Positions 1 to 6,820 of a DNA stretch of 31,688 bases are shown piece after piece. How positions within the stretch are numbered: position 1 is the stretch's first letter; the number at the start of each line of letters is the position of its first letter. This stretch comes from an uncultured Ignavibacteriales bacterium (GTDB taxonomy: Bacteria; Bacteroidota; Ignavibacteria; Tepidaquicellales; OLB5): assembly GCA_964597425.1 (NCBI GenBank), contig CAZQYL010000001.1, forward strand, positions 17,721-49,408. The letters are read 5' to 3'. The notes under the pieces are model-generated. The model did not search any database and had not been told where the DNA came from. It saw only the letters and a list, made by a program, of their open reading frames with translations. Made by a program: the position numbers and the translations under genes.

Positions 1-2
1 TG

Positions 3-239
3 TTTTATGACAGAAGAAATTATGATGATGAACAGACCGATGTTTATCTTGCTTCATCAACAGATGGCGGAAGAACATTCTTTAATGAGCGCATAAGTGA
101 AAAGCCTTTCTTCCCTCTTTCAGAAACATTTATGGGAGATTATACAAATATAGTTGCTGTTAACGGAATGATAAGACCCATCTGGACAAGGCTTGACAGC
201 AATTCACTGAGCATATGGAGCGCAATAATAGATAAGTAG
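3..239 (+). CDS. 3' end (78 aa) of a BNR/Asp-box sialidase-like beta-propeller protein, truncated by the window start; no T9SS CTD
   Basis: My translation of frame 3 is FYDRRNYDDEQTDVYLASSTDGGRTF...MGDYTNI...RPIWTRLD...IDK*, with TAG at 237-239. It aligns by eye with the C-terminal propeller blades of 406..1992 and 2037..3314. Not in the ORF track because it has no start codon in the window. Confidence 0.9.
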   Translation, partial: FYDRRNYDDEQTDVYLASSTDGGRTFFNERISEKPFFPLSETFMGDYTNIVAVNGMIRPIWTRLDSNSLSIWSAIIDK

Positions 240-405
240 CCCGAAATTCCGGAGTTTAATATTTACCGTCATGCAGGAAACTATTGATTTATATATCATT
301 GATGTATTCATATATATTATGAATATTGCTATCAAACCTCAGAAATTCTCCCTTTAAAATAACAACAAAATTAGGTATTTTACAGCCTAATCATAAAAAA
401 CACAA

Positions 406-1992
406 ATGAAAACTACAGTATTTACACTATTGTTAATCCTCACTTCATCCATATATTCACAATCATCTTATACCAATATTACCATAAGCGCAACAGGAGG
501 CCCGAATGAACCTTCAATTTGCGTTAATCCAAAAAATACAAACCAGGTTGTTGCCGGTGCCAACACAGATAAAGTTTACCGCTCTTCAGATGGCGGACAG
601 ACATGGATAAGCAGCACGCTTACCGGTACGTATACAGTATGGGGTGACCCATGTATTATTACCGATACAGTTGGTAATTTCTATTATTTCCATCTTGTAA
701 ACGGCGCCAGCTTTATTGACAGGATGGGCGTTAATAAATCTACTAATGCCGGTGCAACATGGAATGCAGGAACATACTGGCAGTTCAATACGCCTAAACA
801 GCAGGATAAAGAATGGGCGATCACAGATTTTACCCACGGTCCCCGCGGCAACTGGATCTATGTAGCCTGGACAGAATTTGACAATTATGGTTCAAGCAAT
901 CCAAATGACAGTTCAAGGATATTGTTTGCACGCTCAACCGATATGGGAGCTACATTTACCGGAATAAAAAGACTCAGCAGATTTGGCGGAAATTGTATCG
1001 ATGAAGATTACACCACTGAAGGCTCAGTACCTGCAGTTGGACCCAATGGAGAAGTTTATGTTGCATGGTCGGGTCCGCAGGGTTTAAACAATTTTAAACT
1101 GTTCTTTGATAAATCTACTGATGGCGGCACAACATGGCTTGAAAATGATGTAGTTGCAGGCACCCAGCGTGGCGGCTGGGATTATGTTGTTGCAGGTATT
1201 TACAGATCAAACGGTCTGCCAATCACACTTTGTGATATCAGCAATTCGCCATACCGCGGTACTATATACATTAATTATACTGATAGCGCAGGTCCGGCAG
1301 ATCATGATGTAATGGTAGTAAAGTCAACCGATGGCGGAAATACATGGAGTGCGCCGATAAGGATCAACGACGACCCCGCAGGAAAAGAACAGTTCTTCAC
1401 ATGGATGTCAATTGACCAGGTTACAGGTTACCTGTACTGTGTATTTTATGACAGAAGAAATTACACAAATACACAAACAGATGTTTACATAGCACGCTCA
1501 ACCAACGGCGGAACCACATGGACCAACGAAAGGATCAGCGCTGCGCCGTTTACACCCGCATCAAATATATTCTTTGGTGATTATACCAATATTTCATCAC
1601 ATAACGGTGTTGTAAGACCAATATGGATAAGGCTTGTTTCCGGTACCTTAAGTGTTTTGACCGCTATTATGAATTTCCCGGTAGGCGTTGAACCTGTTTC
1701 AACAGAAATTCCTGCTTCATTTAATTTAAGGCAGAACTATCCGAATCCGTTCAATCCGAATACAACATTTGAATTTGATATTCCGGCATTTACCGGAAGC
1801 GGTACACAGGATGTATCAATCAAGGTTTATGATATACTTGGTAACGAAACAGCAGTCATTGTAAACGGGAAACTCGCTCCGGGTTCCTATAAATACGAAT
1901 GGGATGCATCAATGCAGCCAAGTGGCGTGTATTTTTACAAAATGTTATCAGGCAGTTATTCAGAAACCAAAAAAATGATTTTAACAAAGTAA
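406..1992 (+). CDS. Secreted BNR/Asp-box (sialidase-like) beta-propeller protein with T9SS type-A C-terminal sorting domain
   Basis: N-terminal signal peptide; repeated Asp-boxes (SSDGGQTW, STNAGATW, STDMGATF, STDGGTTW, STDGGNTW, STNGGTTW); C-terminal QNYPNPFNPNT...SGVYFYKM...ETKKMILTK. Confidence 0.88.
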   Translation: MKTTVFTLLLILTSSIYSQSSYTNITISATGGPNEPSICVNPKNTNQVVAGANTDKVYRSSDGGQTWISSTLTGTYTVWGDPCIITDTVGNFYYFHLVNGASFIDRMGVNKSTNAGATWNAGTYWQFNTPKQQDKEWAITDFTHGPRGNWIYVAWTEFDNYGSSNPNDSSRILFARSTDMGATFTGIKRLSRFGGNCIDEDYTTEGSVPAVGPNGEVYVAWSGPQGLNNFKLFFDKSTDGGTTWLENDVVAGTQRGGWDYVVAGIYRSNGLPITLCDISNSPYRGTIYINYTDSAGPADHDVMVVKSTDGGNTWSAPIRINDDPAGKEQFFTWMSIDQVTGYLYCVFYDRRNYTNTQTDVYIARSTNGGTTWTNERISAAPFTPASNIFFGDYTNISSHNGVVRPIWIRLVSGTLSVLTAIMNFPVGVEPVSTEIPASFNLRQNYPNPFNPNTTFEFDIPAFTGSGTQDVSIKVYDILGNETAVIVNGKLAPGSYKYEWDASMQPSGVYFYKMLSGSYSETKKMILTK

Positions 1993-2036
1993 CCGGTTTA
2001 CTTTGAAAGTTAAATAACAACACACAGGAAAAATAG

Positions 2037-3314
2037 ATGATAAAAAACTTAATTTTAGTATTACTAATATTGCCCTCTATAATTCTATCGCAGTATAAAA
2101 ATATTAAAGTTAACTCTATCAATAACAGTCCTGAAGAAGTCTCAATCGCTATTAATCCCCGGCATCCCAATAACCTGGTTGCCGGGGCTAATATTAATAA
2201 TTACTACTATTCTTTTGATGGCGGCAACACCTGGACAAACAAGGAAATTGATGACAGTAAAAATGGTGTCTGGGGCGACCCGGTATTGATATTTGATAAC
2301 AACGGTGCAGCTTATTTCTTTCACCTTTCCAGACCCTCAAACAGCCAATGGATTGACAGAATTGTTTGCCAGAAATCTACCGATGGCGGTATGACATATG
2401 AAAACCCCGGGACATATATGGGGCTGAATCCGCCGAAAAAGCAGGATAAACCATGGGCCTGCGTTGATAACACCGAAAGCAAATGGCGGAACAATATCTA
2501 TGTTACATGGACCCAGTTTGATGCTTACGACAGCCACAGACCTGAAGATCTATCAAACATAATGTTCTCTTACAGTTCCGATGCAGGTGTTTCATGGAGC
2601 AATGCATTAAGGATCAACGAAATTTCCGGTGATTGTGTTGATTCATCAAATACAACAGAAGGCGCAGTTCCCTGCGTTGGACCTAACGGCGAAATTTATG
2701 TAAGCTGGTCTGCTCATGATAAGCTGTATTTCGATAGATCACTTGATGGCGGCGCGACGTGGCTTGATGCGGATATTCAGGCAGGTACTCAATACGGAGG
2801 CTGGGTTTATGATATTGAAGGAATTTTCAGATGTAACGGTTTACCAATTACCCAATGTGATATAAGTAATTCTCCCTATAAAGGAACAATATATATCAAT
2901 TATTCTGATAAAACGAACGGTGAAAAAGATGTGGATGTGTTTTTGGTCAGATCAACTGATGGCGGCAGCACATGGAGCGAAGCAATCCGTGTAAATGATG
3001 ACCCTGTTGGCAACGGTAAACAGCAGTTTATGAGCTGGATGTCGGTTGACCCTGTAACAGGCTCGGTAAATATAATTTATTACGATAGAAGAAATTACGA
3101 TGACTTAAGTACAGATGTTTACCTTGCAAGATCGACTGATGGCGGCACAACCTTTGAAAACTTAAAAATTTCGGAGTCACCTTTTACACCTGTGAAGAGT
3201 GTTTTCTTTGGTGACTATATCGGCGTTAATTCATACAATGATTTTACTGCCTGTATATGGCAGCGTCTTGATAAAGGCAAACTGAGCGTTATTTACGCCG
3301 GCAACAAATATTAA
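2037..3314 (+). CDS. Secreted BNR/Asp-box (sialidase-like) beta-propeller protein without T9SS CTD
   Basis: Signal peptide MIKNLILVLLILPSIILSQ; Asp-boxes SxDGGxT(W/F/Y); collinear with 406..1992 (WGDP, QDK(E/P)W, EGxVPxVGPNGE, RxNGLP, YDRRNY, FFGDY) but stops before any CTD. Confidence 0.88.
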   Translation: MIKNLILVLLILPSIILSQYKNIKVNSINNSPEEVSIAINPRHPNNLVAGANINNYYYSFDGGNTWTNKEIDDSKNGVWGDPVLIFDNNGAAYFFHLSRPSNSQWIDRIVCQKSTDGGMTYENPGTYMGLNPPKKQDKPWACVDNTESKWRNNIYVTWTQFDAYDSHRPEDLSNIMFSYSSDAGVSWSNALRINEISGDCVDSSNTTEGAVPCVGPNGEIYVSWSAHDKLYFDRSLDGGATWLDADIQAGTQYGGWVYDIEGIFRCNGLPITQCDISNSPYKGTIYINYSDKTNGEKDVDVFLVRSTDGGSTWSEAIRVNDDPVGNGKQQFMSWMSVDPVTGSVNIIYYDRRNYDDLSTDVYLARSTDGGTTFENLKISESPFTPVKSVFFGDYIGVNSYNDFTACIWQRLDKGKLSVIYAGNKY

Positions 3315-3350
3315 CTATTCTTTCACTCAATAAGTACTAAAAATTTACAA

Positions 3351-5132
3351 ATGGCAGAAGAACTTTTTCCTGAACATGATGGCTTCCTTGTAACAGCAAG
3401 GAAATGGAGACCCGGGCAGTTTGATGATGTGACTTCACAGGAATTCATTACTAAAACGCTGCGCAATGCGATAAAGAATAACAGGATATCTCATGCGTAC
3501 CTGTTTTCAGGTCCAAGAGGAGTAGGTAAAACCACCGTTGCCAGGCTTCTTGCTAAATCGCTTAACTGCATCAACAGGCAGCCTAACGGAGAGCCGTGCA
3601 ATGTGTGCGATAGCTGCCGCGAAATAACCAACGATAACCGCAATCACCCCGATGTATTTGAAATTGACGGCGCATCAAACAGGAATATCGAAGATGTACG
3701 GGAACTGAAAGAAAAGGTGAAATACGGTCCGGTTCGCTCCAAATACAAGATTTTTATCATTGATGAAGTTCATATGCTGACCGGGGCATCATTCAACGCC
3801 CTGCTTAAGACACTTGAAGAACCGCCGCCTTATGTAGTGTTCATTTTCGCAACTACATCTCCTGAGAAAGTACCTCTTACAATTCTTGGAAGATGTCAGA
3901 AATTCGATTTTAAGAGACTCACAATTGATGAAATATCCTCAAGATTGAAATTCATCGCAGGCGAAGAAAAAATTAAAGTTGATAACGAATCACTATTTTT
4001 TATTGCGAAAAAAGGTGATGGTTCTATGCGCGACGCGCAGGGATTATTCGATATGTCAGCCGCTTACTGCGATAACGATATATCATTTGAGAAATTGAAA
4101 TCATTTTTTAATCTCGCACAAAGTGATGTATACTTCACAATCTCTGACCTGGTTAAAAACAAAGACGCTAAAGGATTACTGAATTACTTCGATAGTCTTA
4201 TGGATAAGGGCTATGATATGCAGATATTTCTTGACGGACTTACCGAGCATTACAGGAATCTGTTAATAGTATGCTCAACCGGTTCAGCAGAGCTTATTAT
4301 TGAATCAGAATCAGTTAAACAAAAGTATGCCGAAAATATAAGTAAGTTCTCTCAGCTTGAAATAATTAACTCATTAAAGCTGATCTTGCAAACTGAATAT
4401 ACATTCAAATATTCATCCAATCAGCGCACGCTGATAGAAGCATTACTGGTTGAGCTTATTAAATTCACTGATACCCGCGATATATCTCAAATACTTGAAG
4501 AACTTAAAGAACTTGGCTCAGGCAGCTATTCCGGTGGCATCAAAAATACAGGCACAGTGCAGTCAGCAAGCCGTGTAAGCGCTCCTCTGAAGAATGAGAC
4601 CAGGGTGCAGGTAACTTATGAACAATCCGCTACTAAACAGCCTGCCGTTAAAATTGAACAGGAAAGTGTTTCGCAGGCAGTAAACGAAAATCCGGCCCCA
4701 ACTGTTAACTTTGATAGTGCTGAGGGTGACCTAAACACGCACTGGTTGAGCATTAAGGACCAGATTAAGACCGAACGCAAATGGGTATACAGCATAATTA
4801 AAGATACTACTTTTGAGCAGGATGAAAAGCGTAACCTGCTGATAAGAGTTGATGATACATCATTTGAACTGATTGACGGCTACAGGGACTACCTTGCAGG
4901 TAAAATATCGAAGTATTTCGGACAATCATTAAGCGTTGGGCTGGTAAAAAGCTCTGAGTTCATTTCCAGCAATTCAGGTATGCATTATGATGAGAGCAAT
5001 TACACAGAGCCCGGCGATGTAGAGATCAGCGAAACAAGAAAACCAGCACAGCCCGATAATTTTGATAAGATAAGAAGTATTTTGATAAAAGATTTTCACG
5101 GAAAAGAAATCAATACAAAAGATATTAACTGA
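3351..5132 (+). CDS. dnaX: DNA polymerase III subunit gamma/tau
   Basis: ARKWRP start motif, Walker A GPRGVGKTT, zinc module CxxxxxxxxxCxxCxxC, EIDGASN, Walker B IIDEVHML, FNALLKTLEEPP, arginine finger (GRCQ variant of SRC), GSMRDA. Confidence 0.97.
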   Translation: MAEELFPEHDGFLVTARKWRPGQFDDVTSQEFITKTLRNAIKNNRISHAYLFSGPRGVGKTTVARLLAKSLNCINRQPNGEPCNVCDSCREITNDNRNHPDVFEIDGASNRNIEDVRELKEKVKYGPVRSKYKIFIIDEVHMLTGASFNALLKTLEEPPPYVVFIFATTSPEKVPLTILGRCQKFDFKRLTIDEISSRLKFIAGEEKIKVDNESLFFIAKKGDGSMRDAQGLFDMSAAYCDNDISFEKLKSFFNLAQSDVYFTISDLVKNKDAKGLLNYFDSLMDKGYDMQIFLDGLTEHYRNLLIVCSTGSAELIIESESVKQKYAENISKFSQLEIINSLKLILQTEYTFKYSSNQRTLIEALLVELIKFTDTRDISQILEELKELGSGSYSGGIKNTGTVQSASRVSAPLKNETRVQVTYEQSATKQPAVKIEQESVSQAVNENPAPTVNFDSAEGDLNTHWLSIKDQIKTERKWVYSIIKDTTFEQDEKRNLLIRVDDTSFELIDGYRDYLAGKISKYFGQSLSVGLVKSSEFISSNSGMHYDESNYTEPGDVEISETRKPAQPDNFDKIRSILIKDFHGKEINTKDIN

Positions 5133-6028
5133 TGTCAAAGAATAAATACAGAACATTACCTTTAAAAAAGAACTTTCTAGCAATTGAAAAAGAGTATTCA
5201 ACTTATGAAAACTCCAAAGTAGTGATACTTTCCGCACCATACGAAAAGACCACATCATACGGCAAGGGTACCGCAAATGGTCCCGGTGCGATACTTGAAG
5301 CATCGCATTACGTGGAGTTTTTTGATGAGGAAACCGAAAAGGAAGTTTGTTTTGATATCGGCATTGCCGCAATTGAACCTATGAAATTCGGTAAGCTTAG
5401 CGGTAAAAAAGCACTGGAGCTTATATACGGGAATGTGAATGAACATATAAAGAACGGAAAATTTGTAATTACGCTTGGCGGTGAGCATTCCATAAGTACC
5501 GCGCCTATACAGGCGCATTTTGATAATTACCCCGAGCTATCTATCCTGCATTTTGACGCACATTCAGACCTGAGGGAGGAATACGAGGGTTCTAAGTACT
5601 CACATGCTTCATTTGCAGCAAGAGTCTCGGAATTCACAACAAACATAACACAGGTTGGTATACGTGCGCAATGTAAGGAAGAGTTTGAGTTCATAAAAGA
5701 AAAAGGCATAAACACATTCTACGCCTTTCAAATGCGCAATGAAGGTTTCAATCACATCCTTATAGAAAAGATACTTGGCACGCTTAGTAAAAATGTTTAT
5801 ATAACTTTTGATGTGGATTACTTCGATCCATCCATAATGCCCTCAACGGGCACACCCGAGCCTAACGGTTTTTATTGGGATGAGACAATGCGCCTGCTAA
5901 AAAGGGTGTGCGCTGAGAAAAATCTTGTGGGATTTGATGTGGTCGAGTTAGCTCCCCAAAAGGATTACACCTTCCCTGACTTCCTGACAGCTAAGCTGAT
6001 ATATAAGATATTGAATTATAAGTTTTGA
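5132..6028 (+). CDS. speB: Agmatinase (arginase/ureohydrolase family)
   Basis: Motifs PYEKTTSY..GT..GP, LGGEHS, HFDAHSDLR, SHA, TFDVDYFDPS..PSTGTPEPNG, DVVELAP. The substrate is assigned from family resemblance. Confidence 0.88.
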   Translation: MSKNKYRTLPLKKNFLAIEKEYSTYENSKVVILSAPYEKTTSYGKGTANGPGAILEASHYVEFFDEETEKEVCFDIGIAAIEPMKFGKLSGKKALELIYGNVNEHIKNGKFVITLGGEHSISTAPIQAHFDNYPELSILHFDAHSDLREEYEGSKYSHASFAARVSEFTTNITQVGIRAQCKEEFEFIKEKGINTFYAFQMRNEGFNHILIEKILGTLSKNVYITFDVDYFDPSIMPSTGTPEPNGFYWDETMRLLKRVCAEKNLVGFDVVELAPQKDYTFPDFLTAKLIYKILNYKF

Positions 6029-6089
6029 GCCGGTTTTCTTAGCGAAATTAGGGTAAAAAAACGTTCTTTTATAAGTCTTAGAAAATGAT

Positions 6090-6097
6090 TAATTTTG
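6090..6097 (+). promoter_or_regulatory. Candidate Bacteroidota-type -7 promoter box (TAATTTTG) for tRNA-Ser
   Basis: Exact TAnnTTTG match 25 nt upstream of the tRNA. No clear -33 TTTG at canonical spacing. Confidence 0.45.
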
Positions 6098-6122
6098 TCA
6101 ACTTTGAGCTAAATCATTGACC

Positions 6123-6212
6123 GGAGAGGTGGGTGAGTGGCTCAAACCAACGGTTTGCTAAACCGTCATAGGGGGTCAACCTCTATCGAGGGTTCGAATC
6201 CCTCCCTCTCCG
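6123..6212 (+). tRNA. tRNA-Ser (anticodon GCT), class II, CCA not encoded
   Basis: Acceptor stem GGAGAGG/CCTCTCC plus discriminator G; anticodon arm ACGGT-TTGCTAA-ACCGT (GCT at 6157-6159); long variable arm ATAGGGG-GTCAA-CCTCTAT; T arm GAGGG-TTCGAAT-CCCTC. Confidence 0.97.
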
Positions 6213-6222
6213 CAAGCATTTT

Positions 6223-6251
6223 AAAGCAAGTATGCAAATACTTGCTTTTTT
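6223..6251 (+). terminator. Intrinsic terminator downstream of tRNA-Ser
   Basis: AAAGCAAGTAT-GCAA-ATACTTGCTTT perfect stem with GNRA loop, running into a T tract. Confidence 0.85.
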
Positions 6252-6253
6252 AT

Positions 6254-6375
6254 TGGCTCAAACCATTCAGAGACTCCGGTCAAAACTGACATTAGGGTCA
6301 ACAATTATCGAGGGTTCTCCCAAAGGGACTCATTTATGTCCTTCGGACCTTCGGAGGAATCCCTCCCTCTCCGCA
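6254..6375 (+). pseudogene. tRNA-Ser-derived copy 1 (5'-truncated, anticodon arm replaced, 39-bp T-loop insert)
   Basis: Retains TGGCTCAAACCA (D region, identical to 6138-6149), GGGTCAA, TATCGAGGGTTC and the 19-bp 3' end; lacks the 5' acceptor strand. Confidence 0.8.
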
Positions 6376-6383
6376 AGCATTTT

Positions 6384-6412
6384 AAAGCAAGTATGCAAAT
6401 ACTTGCTTTTTT
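6384..6412 (+). terminator. Duplicate intrinsic terminator in repeat unit 2
   Basis: Identical to 6223-6251. Confidence 0.8.
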
Positions 6413-6414
6413 AT

Positions 6415-6536
6415 TGGCTCAAACCATTCAGAGACTCCGGTCAAAACTGACATTAGGGTCAATAACTATCGAGGGTTCTCCCAAAGGGACTCATTTATGT
6501 CCTTCGGACTTTCGGAGGAATCCCTCCCTCTCCGCA
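6415..6536 (+). pseudogene. tRNA-Ser-derived copy 2
   Basis: Near-identical to copy 1 (3 substitutions). Confidence 0.8.
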
Positions 6537-6584
6537 GAGTAACTTAAACCTGACAGGTTTTTTGTTTATATTAAAAATGTTATC

Positions 6585-6668
6585 GGGGTCAAAATCTACC
6601 ACGAGGGTTCTCCCAAAGGGACTCATTTATGTCCTTCGGACCTTCGGAGGAATCCCTTCCTCTAAGCA
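6585..6668 (+). pseudogene. tRNA-Ser-derived copy 3 (shorter, more diverged)
   Basis: GGGGTCAA...CGAGGGTTC + 39-bp insert (6611-6649, identical to copy 1) + GAATCCCTTCCTCTAAGCA (3 mismatches to the tRNA 3' end). Confidence 0.72.
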
Positions 6669-6674
6669 CAAATT

Positions 6675-6703
6675 AAACAAGGGGCATCAGCCCCTTGTTT
6701 TTT
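6675..6703. terminator. Intrinsic terminator, probably bidirectional, between the tRNA array and the convergent protease gene
   Basis: AAACAAGGGGC-ATCA-GCCCCTTGTTT followed by TTT. Confidence 0.82.
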
Positions 6704-6820
6704 ATGCCTCAATGGAATGTAGATTTACAAATTGTTTTAATCTTAATAAGGGGCATGATTTTCCAAATGTTGAGAGGACTTGGTTGACAGGTTTAAAAAC
6801 TGACACCATGTAGTTCCGTT

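Larger units (their letters stand above)
6196..6536 (+). repeat. Tandem repeat with 161-bp period (two units plus 19 bp), starting inside the tRNA-Ser T-loop
   Basis: GAATCCCTCCCTCTCCGCA starts at 6196, 6357 and 6518. Units 6196-6356 and 6357-6517 differ at 3 positions by my manual comparison. Confidence 0.93.

Noticed and set aside
240-262. Terminator after the first partial gene
   Set aside because: Only a 3-bp CCG/CGG stem, too weak to call.
4008-4014. dnaX -1 frameshift slippery site (AAAAAAG)
   Set aside because: It is phased AAA-AAA-G rather than A-AAA-AAG and lies inside the clamp-loader core, not after domain III. I saw no correctly phased site by eye.
6123-6212. tRNA-Sec because of the long variable arm
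   Set aside because: The anticodon is GCT and the acceptor stem is the standard 7 bp. I saw no in-frame TGA-interrupted genes.
6318-6356. Group I/II intron or archaeal-type tRNA intron as the identity of the 39-bp insert
   Set aside because: Far too short for a self-splicing intron, no clear bulge-helix-bulge motif, and the host copies lack the 5' acceptor strand, so splicing would not yield a tRNA.
6196-6668. CRISPR array interpretation of the repeats
   Set aside because: The repeated sequence is tRNA-derived, the intervening sequences are duplicates rather than unique spacers, the period is 161/132 bp, and there are no cas genes.
6196-6668. attL/attR of an intact prophage or genomic island at tRNA-Ser
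   Set aside because: The duplicated 3' ends enclose only about 140 bp; there is no integrase, phage gene or visible compositional shift nearby. At most these are scars.
6232-6813. ORFs 6232..6450, 6336..6542 and 6562..6813
   Set aside because: They run through terminators and tRNA-derived repeats, and the 161-bp period breaks the frame. I see no protein-like features, so they are treated as non-coding unless ribosome profiling shows otherwise.
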